This document shows positions 44,088 to 54,940 of a stretch of 64,000 bases of DNA, piece by piece. The notes under the pieces were generated by a model that was not told the origin of the DNA, made no database searches, and worked only from the letters and a program-made list of their open reading frames with translations. Origin of the DNA: Eledone cirrhosa (lineage: Eukaryota); NCBI GenBank assembly GCA_964016885.1, contig OZ024741.1:272986001-273050000 (forward strand), given 5' to 3'. The number at the start of each line of letters is the position of its first letter. Within the stretch, counting starts at the first letter, position 1. Both the position numbers and the translations under genes were made by a program.

Positions 44088-44176
44088 AAATTATGTTTAT
44101 TTGTAATAGAAATATGTGCAATTTTCTGGGATCAATAAATATATTTTTTACCAGTTTCAAACATTGTGTGTTTCAG

Positions 44177-44340
44177 AGGAAACAGAGGTCAAGACTGGAA
44201 TTATCAAGGATAAAGTGATGAAGCGAAATTTTAAACTCCAGGAGAAGAAGAAGAGGAGAGAAATTCGCCTCTTTGTGTCAAGTACTTTCAAAGATTTCAC
44301 AAATGAAAGAGAAGAATTAATTAAAAAGACATTTAAAGAG
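44177..44340 (+). CDS. Exon A of DUF4062/NACHT (TEP1/NPHP3/TTC41-like) gene: ...REIRLFVSSTFKDFTNEREELIKKTFKE
   Basis: IRLFVSSTF-D---ERE is the DUF4062 N-terminal motif. Donor GAG|gtaaac, phase 0. Acceptor ambiguous (tttcag at 44176 or taccag at 44154). Confidence 0.85.
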
Positions 44341-44344
44341 GTAA

Positions 44345-44605
44345 ACTACTGCTACTACTATCATCACCACAACCACTACTACCACTACCACTACTATCAT
44401 CACCACAACCGCAACTACTAATACTACTACTACTACTACTATCACCACCACAACCGTTATAACTACTGCCACCACCACCACTACCACAACTACTACTTCT
44501 ACCATCACCATCCAACCACCACCACCACCACCAATGCCTCTACTACTACTACCACCACCAATACTGCCACCACCACCACCACTTCCACAACCACTACCAC
44601 CACCA
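44345..44605. repeat. (CAC/TAC)n degenerate trinucleotide microsatellite
   Basis: Directly visible. Confidence 0.95.
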
Positions 44606-44962
44606 TATACATGACACTGCTTATTAATTTTTCTGATTTTTTTCCAACCCCTCCACTTTTATTCGAAACACCCACTTATTAAATTTTGTTAATCTATCTC
44701 TGGCAAAATATTATTTAAAGTGGTAATACATTTTCTATATACATCAAAAAACATTATACATGACAAAAAAATACATTACGAGAAATCCCATATAAAATAA
44801 ATCTTATGGTTTGGGGTCTTAATATATAAACTAAATGACTTATTCTGTTTTTTTTTTTTAAATCAATAGCGACAACCTAGAAAAATTACCGAATTTCCAG
44901 CACCCTGCTTATTTTCTTAAAATTTTGTTTGTGTCATGATTTTTATTCAATCTCTTCTCCAG

Positions 44963-45076
44963 ATCAATCAAGAATGTATTGATCGAGGAATATTCTTCTC
45001 TTATGTTGATCTAAGATGGGGAATAACTCAAGAACAGAGCCAACATGGAAAAACTATCGCCATTTGTCTCCAAGAA
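44963..45076 (+). CDS. Exon B: INQECIDRGIFFSYVDLRWGITQEQSQHGKTIAICLQE
   Basis: ctccag| acceptor, |gtaagt donor, 114 bp in phase 0. VDLRWG is the DUF4062 signature. Confidence 0.95.
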
Positions 45077-45164
45077 GTAAGTTTGAATTCTTAAGGAAAT
45101 TTCTTTTACAATGTTTCACATTCTAATCACTGGCTTCAGTACCACCACTATTGTTGTTGTATGT

Positions 45165-46030
45165 TGCATGTACATATGTATGTATGTATGTATGTATGTA
45201 TGTCAGGTCACCAGTTGGTGCTACTGGTAACATGTATCCCAGTACAACCTGTCCCACGGTCGGGTTGTTGGCGACTAAACTAGCAACCCCACCAAGGTTT
45301 CTTGGTGAGGAGGGTGACTTTGGACATCCTGCAGGACTAAAAACAAAACCTGTCAAAGGGCAAAGGAGCTCTTAAGAGTCAATGGCCATCCAAAATCACC
45401 GGGAGAGATGACCCCTTAGCCTTTGTCAAGGCAGAATTCTAGGAGAAGGAGATATAACAACCCTGATGGTATCCAATGATGTTGACTTGTTCTTCTTTTT
45501 GGTAAATATCATCTTGGTTAAGAGAGTGGGACTGGCTTTGTGCAGTGCCTTTACTCACTATAAAAGCTTCACGGCACAGGCATTGCTTTATATCTGGAGA
45601 TCTCTCTGCACTTGTCGTCACATGGTACCATGGGCCCAGCACTATGTGTCAATAATTGTCACAAGTGTAGTGTTTGTACCAGAGTTTTCAAGTCGCTGGC
45701 TGGACTAAAAAGTCACACTCATTCAGTGCATCGGTAGGGGTTCTCCTACATGGATATAAAGTAGTGGCCGTACTCGAAAACGAGTTGGCAGCCACCATGT
45801 ATGTATGTATGTATGTGTGTATGTATGTATGTATGTATGTCAGGTCGCTCTTGAGCACTACCGGTAACCTGTAATCTAGTACAACCTGTTGCAAGGTCGG
45901 GTCGTCAGTGACTAAACTGACAACACCACCGAGTTTGCTTGGTGATGAGCGTGGTATTTGGATACCCTGTGGGATGACAAAACTCGACAAAGGGTGGAGG
46001 AACTCAATAGAGTCAACAGCCATCCAAATA
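45165..46030. mobile_element. Two diverged copies of an interspersed repeat abutting (TATG)n (about 45200-45780 and 45840-46030); a third copy is inverted at about 61890-62100
   Basis: Shared GTCAGGTC...TAC(T/C)GGTAAC...GGTCGGGT..GACTAAACT block next to (TATG)n. Related segments at about 46340-46570 and 47990-48220. Confidence 0.6.
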
Positions 46031-46569
46031 CTGTGTGTGTGTGGGGGGGAGGGGGGTGTATGAGTACTCTATTTGTATATACTTATGTACATGCATTTTT
46101 TTTTTTGTGTGTGTGTATGTATATGTATGTATATTTGATATATCCTCGGGTGTCTGTTTACATACGTATACCTTTATTATATATACATTTTTAATTCTTT
46201 TAACTTATATTTTTTTTTTAAACTTTTAACTTTTAGAATCTTTCAATCTTTCATCTCTTATATATCCTTGGATGTATAAGAGTGTGCTTTTGTATATATA
46301 TTTTAATTCTTTTTTTAAAAATAGTGTGTACACGTGTGTGCAGGGACAGGAAATACTTGGGTTGGTGTCTAGGTGTGCAGATAGTCCGCTGGGAGTGAGA
46401 TGCCCCCTTAGCTGTTGTAACAACACTTCTCTAGGAGAGGAAAACTGAATAAAAACCCTGCGGTGTTGAGGGCACCCGATGATGTTGACCAGTTCTTCTT
46501 TTCAGTACATGCTCTCTATGCTCAGAGAGTAGGATTAGTTCTGTGCAAGGCTATTCTTCACTTGGCAGG

Positions 46570-47150
46570 GATTATGAGACTTGGGATGTGATCAGCAGAC
46601 ATGGCATAGGGAAATGTAACAGCAATGGTCTCTTCTTGTACAGATGTGTGTGAAGTTAAATTTGTTCATTGCAAACACGATGGTCCAGCAAAAGGATATG
46701 TTCCAGACATCATGGATGCACCCTGGGTCGAAAGTGTGGTATCTGATCGACTATCTTCTTGTGAAGAAACGTGACATGCAGGATATGAAGCATGTGAATG
46801 TTCTGCGTGGCGCAGAGTGCTGGACAGACCATCGTCTGGTGTCTGCCAAGGCAAACTTTGTGATCAAACCTCAAACAAGAGCAAATGGTGTCAAGATTCC
46901 AAAGCATTTGAATATAGATCGTATGAAAGATGAGGGTGTCAAGGAAGAGCTGCGTCGCAGGCTTGAAAGCATTGATTGTGTGAACAAGTGGAGTGACTTC
47001 AGGAGCTCTGTCTATGATGTTTCAACAGAGGTCCTTAGCTTTGTCACAAGAAAACACAAGGACTGGTTTGATGAGAATGACCAGGAGGTCAAGGCTCTGC
47101 TGGACAGAAAACAAAAGGCATTCGATGCAGTTCTTAACGGTGGTAGCTCT
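46570..47150 (+). mobile_element. RTE/BovB-like LINE fragment, C-terminal part of the APE endonuclease and linker
   Basis: HGIGKCNSNG, SWMHPGSKVWYLIDY..., GAECWTDHRLV and KHKDWFDEND motifs typical of RTE ORF2. Truncated at both ends. Confidence 0.85.
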
Positions 47151-47322
47151 GTTGTTGACAATTGCGAGTGCATATTGCTGGGCAATTTCCCTGGATGTGA
47201 GTTTTTGATTATCATGCAGGGAGTATCTTTCAAGTTCCTTCCTTCCCATGTATGTATGTATATTTGTATGTATGTATGTATATTTGTATGTATGTATATA
47301 TGTATGTATATTTGTATGTATG

Positions 47323-47652
47323 AAGGCACATGGCTTAGTGGTTACAGCATTGGCCTTGCAATCGAAAGGTTGTGAGTTCAATTCTCAGATGTGTTGTTTC
47401 CTTGAGCAAGACACTTTATTTCACATTGCTCCAGTTTACTCAGCTGTAGAAATGAGATGATAGGGACTGGGGTCCCTATCATTCCACTGCAAAGTGGTTG
47501 TGGAGGTGCCACGGTAAAAAAAGCACCAGCACTCACTGTAAATGAGGTTGGTGTTAGGAAGGGCATCCAGCTGTAGAAATCAAGCCAGAATCAGTTCCCG
47601 TCCCACCCTTGCAAGCAGGGAAAAGCGGACGTAAAATGATGATGATGATGAT
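47323..47652 (+). mobile_element. tRNA-derived SINE with RTE-like 3' tail
   Basis: A-box-like TGGCTTAGTGG and B-box-like GAGTTCAATTC. Central CCTTGAGCAAGACAC block. Tail GGTTGGTGTTAGGAAGGGCATCC...(GAT)n shared with the LINE 3' UTR. Confidence 0.75.
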
Positions 47653-47990
47653 TTGTATGTTTGTATGTATGTATGTATGTATATTTGTATATATGCATAT
47701 TTGTATGTTTGTAGGGAAGTATGTGTGCACGTGTTCGTGTATGTAAGTATGTGTATGTGTGAGTGTGTGTTTGTAGGAATGTGTGTGTAGGTATGTGTAT
47801 GTGTGTGTGTGTATATGTAAGTAAGTATATGTGTGGGTGTGTATGTATGTGTGTGTGTGCATGTATGTAAGTAGATATGTGTGTGTGTGTTTGTAGTGTA
47901 GGAATGTGTGTGTAGGTATGTATGTGTATGTATGTATATATATATGTATGTGGGAGGGGGGTATATATATGCATGTGTATGCATGTGTGG
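47653..47990. repeat. (TG)n/(TATG)n low-complexity tract
   Basis: Directly visible. Confidence 0.9.
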
Positions 47991-48349
47991 GGACATAGAA
48001 ATACTCGGTTTGGTGTCCAAGTGTGCAGTTAGCCCACTGGGAGTAAAAGACCCCTAGTTCTTGTTAAGATACCATTCTAGGAGAATGAAAACTCCTAGAT
48101 GTAAAACAAGTTGATGTAAATGAAGTTGACCTGTTCTTCTTTTTGGATACCTGTCACCATTGTTCAGAGAGTGGGATTGGTCCAGTGCAAGGCCTTTCTT
48201 CATTTAAAAAAGATTCAAACACAGGTATCACTTGATCTAAATGACTTTCACCAGTGTTGCTTGAACATAGCCTTTTCTTTTTTCTTTTGCTACAGCAGAT
48301 GCAGAAAGGAATCTAAGTCCTTTCTTCTGATGACAGAAGTTGGCACATT

Positions 48350-48720
48350 GAAGTATCGGTAGAGGGTCGGACACCATGCTTTCTAGCATAGAGTTACGTC
48401 CTTTTACGGTCTAAGTTCAAATCCCACTGATGTTAACTTTGCCTTTCATCCTTACGGGGTCGATAAAATAAAGTACCAGTAATGCACTGGGATAATTGCT
48501 GGCCTTGTGCCAAAAAGTAGAAACAATTATTATTGGATTGGCAGTATTGGTAGAGGGTCGGATGCCATGCTTAGAAGCATAGAGTTACGCCCCTTTACGG
48601 TCTGAGTTCAAATCCCGCCAACATTAACTTTGCCTTTCATCCTTACGGGGTTGATAAAAAAAGTACCAGTAATGCACTAGTATAATTGCTGGCCTTGTGC
48701 CAAAAGTAGAAACAATTATT
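48350..48720 (+). mobile_element. Two tandem copies of a ~190-220 bp SINE family (about 48350-48534 and 48535-48720)
   Basis: GTTCAAATCC B-box, TTGCCTTTCATCCTTACGGGGTCGATAAA core and GGCCTTGTGCCAAAAGTAGAAACAATTATT tail. At least 9 copies or fragments in the window. Confidence 0.85.
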
Positions 48721-48721
48721 A

Positions 48722-48860
48722 GACAAGTTCCAACAGTTCTTGCACTTAATTCAGCCTCCTGCTTTCCATCACTTGTGAACACAGCCCTGCGATACTTCAA
48801 CTTCTCTATCTGCTTCATTGGAACTCCATTCACATACAGAGTCCATTACACAGCCTTTTC
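48722..48860 (-). mobile_element. LINE reverse-transcriptase thumb-region fragment (VNGVPMKQIEKLKY...FTSDGKQEAEL)
   Basis: Resembles RTE post-YADD sequence. Overlaps the end of the RT fragment at 63762-64000 (HVNGVPL). Confidence 0.6.
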
Positions 48861-49062
48861 TTGAGAGGACAAGCGCCTCAGTCTCTGCAGCATAGATTTC
48901 CATTCCTGTCGTGCAGCATTCTGCAGCAAATCTCCCCATTTAATGTCTCAAGACTTCGCAGCACAGATTTCCATTCCTGTTGTGCAGCATTCTGCAGGAA
49001 ACCTCTCCATTTAATGTATATTTATTTATTTATTGTTTTATTTATCTATGTCTATCTCGTAG

Positions 49063-49233
49063 ATTGAGAGATGTCGACCTTACTTCATATGTTTGCTGGG
49101 AGAAAGATTTGGTTGGAGCCAAAAGGAAGACAAACCTGATACCATGCTTAACAACAGTTTCAACTACGCTATTGAACATATTACTGATCTGAACTGGTTG
49201 GAGGAGTGTCGCTATGGATTCAGTGTGACACAG
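49063..49233 (+). CDS. Exon C: IERCRPYFICLLGERFGWSQKEDKPDTMLNNSFNYAIEHITDLNWLEECRYGFSVTQ
   Basis: tcgtag| acceptor, |gtagga donor, 171 bp in phase 0. CRPYFICLLGERFGW is a DUF4062 motif. Absent from the supplied ORF track. Confidence 0.95.
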
Positions 49234-49285
49234 GTAGGATGTATATGTGTATATGTGTGTGTGTGTATGTGAGTATGTGTGAAGA

Positions 49286-49762
49286 CGTATCATTGTTTCC
49301 GATATATTAATGTACAAGTTGAACCCTCCAGTTGATGGTTCAACTGAAGACCTATCATTGATTCAGATATATTAAAGTACAAGTTCAACCCTCCAGTTGA
49401 GGACTCAACTGAAAATCTATTGTTGATTCAGATATATTAAAGTACAAGTTGAGCCATCCAGTTGAGGGCTCAACTGAAGATCTATTGTTGACTCAGATGT
49501 ATTAATGTACAATTTGAGCCATTCAGTTGATGGCTCAACTGAAGACCTATCATTGATTCAGATATATTAATGTACGAGCTGAGCCATCCAGTTGAGAGCT
49601 CAACTGAAGATCTATTGTTGATTCAGATGTATTAATGTACAAGTTGAGCCATCCAGTTGGTGGCTAAAATGAAACCTATTGTTGATTCAGATATATTAAT
49701 GTACAAGTTGAGCTATTCAGTTGATGGCTCAACTGAAGACCTATCGTTGATTCAGATATATT
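49286..49762. repeat. 65-bp minisatellite, about 7 copies, with internal hairpin CAGTTGA-N4-TCAACTG
   Basis: GAT(A/G)TATTAA recurs at 49301, 49366, 49431, 49496, 49561, 49626 and 49690. Confidence 0.92.
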
Positions 49763-49790
49763 ATATCAGTTTATGTTGTGAATATTTCAG

Positions 49791-49901
49791 CTTGAAGTCC
49801 GTCATGCTGTTCTGAATGATTTGACCAACACTAAGGAACGAAGTTTCTTCTACCTGAGAGACAGAATACAGCCTCAACAGATTGATGATGAAGAATATAA
49901 A
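49791..49901 (+). CDS. Exon D: LEVRHAVLNDLTNTKERSFFYLRDRIQPQQIDDEEYK
   Basis: tttcag| acceptor, |gttagt donor, 111 bp in phase 0. SVTQ|LEV...FFYLRD continues the family motif. Confidence 0.92.
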
Positions 49902-49964
49902 GTTAGTGATTGTCTAGTGCTATGTGTGTGTGGGATGGTGGGGATGTGTGACTGGCATCAGTGT

Positions 49965-50950
49965 TGTGGTGTGGTATGGGGTGTTGTGTGGGTGTAGTGG
50001 TGTAGTGGTATAGTGGTGTAGTGGTGTAGTGGTGTAGTGGTGTTGTGGTGTTGTGGTGTAGTGGTGTAGTGGTGTTGTGGTGTAGTGGTGTTGTGGTGTA
50101 ATGGTGTAGTGGTGTAGTGGTGTTGTGGTGTAGTCGAGTAGTGGTGTTGTGGTGTAGTGGTGTTGTGGTGTTGTGGTGTTGTGGTGTAGTGGTGTTGTGG
50201 TGTTGTGTTCTGGTGTAGTGGTGTTGTGGTGTAGTGGTGTTCTGGTGTAGTGGTGTAGTGGTGTTGTGGTGTAGTGGAGTAGTGGTGTTGTGGTGTAGTG
50301 GTGTTGTGGTGTTGTGGTGTAGTGGTGTAGTAGTGTTGTGGTGTAGTGGTGTAGTGGTGTTGTGGTGTAGTGGTGTAGTGGTGTAATGGTGTTGTGGTGT
50401 AGTGGTGCAGTGGTGTTGTGGTGTAGTGGTATAGTGGAGTAGTGGTGTTGTGGTGTTGTGGTGTAGTGGTGTTGTGGTGTAGTGGTGTAGTGGTGTAGTG
50501 GTGTAGTGGTGTAGTGGTGTTGTGGTGTAGTGGTGTAGTGGTGTTGTGGTGTTGTGGTGTAGTGGTGTAGTGATGTAGTGGTGTGGTGGAGTTGTGGTGT
50601 AGTGGTATAGTGGTGTAGTGGTGTAGTGGTGTGGTGGAGTTGTGGTGTAGTGGTGTTGTGGTGTAGTGGAGTAGTGGCGTTGTGGTGTAGTGGTGTAGTG
50701 GAGTTGTGGTGTAGTGGTGTTGTGGTGTAGTGGTGTTGTGTTGTTGTGGTGTAGTGGTGTAGTGGTGTAGTGGTGTGGTGGTGTAGTGGAGTAGTGGTGT
50801 TGTGGTGTAGTGGTATAGTGGTGTTGTGGTGTTGTGGTGTAGTGGTATAGTGGTGTTGTGGTGTAGTGGTGTGGTGTTGTGGTGTAGTGGTGTTGTGGTG
50901 TAGTGGTGTAGTGGTGTAGTGGTGTTGTGGTGTAGTGGTGTAGTGGTGTT
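49965..50950. repeat. 8-bp microsatellite (T[A/T]GTGGTG)n
   Basis: Directly visible; source of the spurious His/Thr-rich ORFs. Confidence 0.97.
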
Positions 50951-50969
50951 GCAGAGAGGTATTGTGAAT

Positions 50970-51245
50970 CATAACAGTTGTAACATGACATAACACAGTT
51001 ATAACATCTGTGTAAAACAGGTGTAACCTGTGAGTAACACAGTTGCAACCTGTGAGTAACATAGTTGTAACATGTGTGTAACAGAGTTATAAGATTGCAT
51101 AATGCAGTAGTAACTTGTGTGACACAGTTGTAGCATCTGTGTGACACAGTTGTAACATGTGTGTAACAGAGTTGTAAGATGACATAACACAGTAGTAACA
51201 TGTGTGTGACACAGTTGTAACCTGTGTGAAACACAGCTGTAATAC
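50970..51245. repeat. Degenerate ~21-bp tandem repeat (ACACAGTTGTAACATGTGTGT-like)
   Basis: Recurrent acacagttgtaac motif. Confidence 0.75.
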
Positions 51246-51290
51246 CACGTAATATAGTTCTAACATGTATGTACTCAATATATACAATAG

Positions 51291-51419
51291 GTGTACCTGG
51301 CAGAGTCCGAGTGGCATGAAGAAAAGCAACAATCACTGAGGAATTCAATTTTGTCAAACAGGGATCTTCACAGCAGAAGATACCAAACACCAAGTGAAGT
51401 GTGTGAACTTGTGAAGAAG
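51291..51419 (+). CDS. Exon E: VYLAESEWHEEKQQSLRNSILSNRDLHSRRYQTPSEVCELVKK
   Basis: caatag| acceptor, |gtacaa donor, 129 bp open in phase 0. Fits between exons D and F. Confidence 0.85.
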
Positions 51420-51468
51420 GTACAACATTTTTCTCTTGTCTCCTTTTGTTATTATTAGGGTTAATTAG

Positions 51469-51775
51469 GGCGGTGGATTGGCAGAATCGATAGAGCGTCG
51501 GACACCATGCTTCATGGCATAGTTACGTCTCTTTATTTTCTGAGTTCAAATCCTGCCGAGGTTAGATTTCCCTTCCATCCTTACGACGTCAATAAATAAA
51601 GCACCAGTAATGCCCTGGGGTCGATTTAATTGACTTTCCCCTCCCCTTCAAATTGCTGGCCTTGTGCCTAAAGTAGAAACAATTATTAGGGTTAGTTAGT
51701 TTAGGGAAGTGGATTGGCAGTATCGTTAGAGTGTCAGACACCATGCTTCGTGGCATAGAGTTGCGGCCATTTACA
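51469..51775 (+). mobile_element. SINE copy (51469-51688) plus a 3'-truncated second copy (51704-51775)
   Basis: Same family as 48350-48720. Confidence 0.8.
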
Positions 51776-52411
51776 GACACTCTCACACAAACAAACAAAC
51801 TGTTACAAACAAGGAGTGTTTAACAAATTTTGAATTTTGAAAATATGTTAGCTTGAAGCAAAGCTGCTCCAACGTAAGTTTTTAGAATAAGAAAATACTA
51901 GAATAAGTTGCACATATAAACCCCTAGAGACAGAAAAACAGGCTGTTTTTCAACAATAAGCGAAAAAACAAAAGACCTCCCTCCCTCCTACTAAAACTCA
52001 TAGTTTGATGTGCTGAATGCAAAATATTTTCTGGACACATATCTTGGTCAGGATTGAACAGGTAATTCCACCCTTATTCAACTCTCATATATATCACATA
52101 CCCACATGAGTGTTACCCTCTCTCCCATCACATTCATCCTCATTATATAATGGAACATGTCTGACACCTCTTAAAATACCTGTATGTCAGACAAAACACA
52201 CAGTCACATGACTGAGACCTCACCCCATTTATGGTTATGCTAATTAATACGTCTTTTGTCTATAGTAAATGATTTCTGACTCAGACAGTTTTATTGGTGG
52301 TCACTCCTCTCAGGACGGGCTTAACTTGACAGCTAGTTTTACTAATTTCAAATGGCATATTTTTGTTTCGTTACTACTTTTTGTCCTACTTCCATGTTGT
52401 CTACTGTGCAG

Positions 52412-52604
52412 GACATTGTGGGATGTTTAGAGAAAGATTTTCCTAAAGGCAGTGAGTTATCAGCATTGGAACAAAGATGGCAGTCACATCAAACATTTGC
52501 AGATGTCAGAAGACGTGTCTATATCGGAGGTGAAACCTATTTCCAACAGATTGACAATCTATTGGAGTCATCACAACACCCTGTTGTCATTCTTGGAGAA
52601 TCTG
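52412..52604 (+). CDS. Exon F: DIVGCLEKDFP...HQTFADVRRRVYIGGE...PVVILGES-G (first half of Walker A)
   Basis: tgcag| acceptor, G|gtaaaa donor in phase 1. Joins exon G to give GESGCGKS. Confidence 0.95.
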
Positions 52605-52827
52605 GTAAAATAATAACCATCAATTATTTATTATTCAGTATTATAGTTTGCTTGAAAAGTCCATAGGCTGACTATGAAGGAGTGATATTAGAGCTGAGAA
52701 ATCTTGCATGCATTAATTATTATTCATTAGTACATAACCCATTTTTTTTACAAAACAAAATAAATAAAAAAATTTTTTTTTTTTTTTTTTTCACAAATTT
52801 TTAACAAAGTTATATATACACATATAT

Positions 52828-54922
52828 ATCATCATCATCATCATCTTCCACGCTTGCATGGGTTTGGACGGGAATTTTCCCACTTGAGGCAAGATTGGTT
52901 GACTTGCTCGTATAGGACTGTCTGGCGGGTTTTTTATGACTGGATGCCCTTCCTAACACCAACCACGTTTAAAGTGTGGACTGGAGGTTTTTACCGTGTT
53001 ACCTACACGGCTACATTACAGCGTGGACTGTGTGTTTTTTTTTTTGTCGTGACACCTACACGACCTCATTTGTTTCGGCCTGGATGTTGTGGTACTAACA
53101 TAACTTTACATTGAAAGGGGTGGTGTGGATGGGGTGGGGGTAGTGGGACGGGGGTGTATTTTTGTAAGAGGTGCCTACTCACTGTAGGTTTCACTTTGTA
53201 CTTAGGCAAGGCGGGTCTTCTGTATTACTGTGTAGCGCCAAAGATCTCGGTCCAGTGACATTGTCTTGGAGAGGTGTAAGTGTGTGAGGTCATCCCAGGT
53301 TTTTCTGGGTCTGCCTACTCCATGGCTACCGTCTATTTTTATCGCCCTGCACTTTTTTATACAGCTGTCATCTTTCATGCACATCACATGACCATACCAA
53401 CGTAGTCTTCTCTCGAGTAAGCAACATCTGATCCCTCTTATACCTAATTTCTCCCTTAGTTCATTTATGCTTTGCCGTTCACGTATATTATTATTACACA
53501 TCCAGCGGAGCATGCAAGTTTCGTTCCTCTCCAGTCTGCATATATCCTCTGCACACAATGCCCAGGTCTCACTGCCATGTAACATTGCTGTTCGTATGCA
53601 GGCATCATACAGCCTGCCTTTCATTTTTAGAGAGAACCTTTTAGCGGCCAATAGTGGTATAAGCTCTCTGAACTTTTTCCATCCCATTCTGACTCTAGCT
53701 ACTGTACTTTCAGAGCACCCTCCACCACTACTGATTTTGTCACCCAGGTAACAGAAGGTGTCCACTATTTCTATAGAACCATCTGTGCAATGGAATGAGC
53801 TAGTATTCTGTGGGCACTTGCTGCTACTTATTGCACCAGAGCACCAACCACATATAAAATTTATATTCTTAATTAGCTTACCTGTGATCCCACTACATCT
53901 TTTATGCACCCATACTTTGCATTTGGGACATAAAATGGAGTTTCTGCCTACTCCTTTCCTACACACTGAGCATGGCCATTTCCCAGATGGGACCGGTGCC
54001 CTATTTCTTTCCTACAAACTAGAACTTTAGTCTTAGACAGGTTAATTTTAAGGCCTTTTGATTCTAGGCCATGCTTCCATGTTTGGAATTTCTTCTCTAG
54101 TTCAGCCATTGATTCTGCTATGAGCGTTAGATCATCTGCGTATAGGAGTTCCCATGGGCAGCCGGTCTTGAACTCCACTGTTATAGCCTGAAGGGCAATA
54201 ATAAATAGTAGGGGGCTAAGAACGGAGCCCTGATGAACAGCAACTTTTACACTAAACTCTTCACTATATTCGTTTTCAATTCTAACCTTGCTGGCTGTTT
54301 CTTTATACATGGCTTGTATAGCTCTCACAAGCCATTCATCAACACCTAGTTTTCTAAGAGCCCACCAGATAATGGAGCGGGGGACTCTGTCAAAGGCTTT
54401 CTCCAAGTCAACAAAAGCTAAGTATAGGGGTTTACTTTCAGCTAGGTACTTCTCCTGTAGTTGTCGTACAATAAAAAGAGCGTCTGTGGTACTTTTACCT
54501 GACACAAACCCGAACTGCATTTCATCTAGATCAATTCGCTCTCTGATTAGTTGCGCTATTACTTTTTCTGTGACCTTCATGACCTGGTCGATTAATTTAA
54601 TGCCTCTATAGTTACCCCTATCTAGGGCATCTCCTTTACCCTTGTAGCAGTTAATGATGATGCTGCTACACCAGTCCTTTGGAACGACCCCATTCTGTAT
54701 GACTTGGTTTACTATCCGGGTGACCATAGTGTGTCCCACCGTTCCAGATGCTTTCAGCATTTCAGCAACTATTTCCGAAGGCCCAGCCGCATTACCCGTC
54801 TTCATATCTTTGATTGCCTTACTTATTATACTTCCTTCAACTAGCACTTCTGGTCCCTCTATTGGATCGATGTGGGGGAGACTGTCTATCTCCCATTTAT
54901 TTTCCTCATTTAGTAGCCTTTG
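52828..54922 (-). mobile_element. 5'-truncated RTE-clade LINE: RT domain, Cys/His zinc-finger-like insert, 3' UTR and (GAT)n tail; frameshift near 54000
   Basis: NYRGIKL, QFGF, FVDLEKAFDRVPR, QGSVLSPLLF, LLYADD, then CSVCRKGVGRNSILCPKCKVWVHKRC, FCYLG, LRWYGHV and GRPRKTW. Split across ORFs 53948-54847 and 53202-53966. (ATC)n at 52828-52846. Confidence 0.95.
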
Positions 54923-54940
54923 TATATATATATATATATA

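Noticed and set aside
47554-48020. His/Thr/Tyr-rich ORFs; likewise the low-complexity ORFs at 44317-44515, 60042-60434 and 62372-62923
   Set aside because: Microsatellite artefacts.
49965-50950. Telomeric repeat
   Set aside because: Unit is T[A/T]GTGGTG rather than TTAGGG, and it lies between collinear exons.
49903-51393. 496-aa and 380-aa His/Thr/Pro-rich ORFs on the - strand
   Set aside because: Translations of an 8-bp microsatellite inside an intron, antisense to the real gene.
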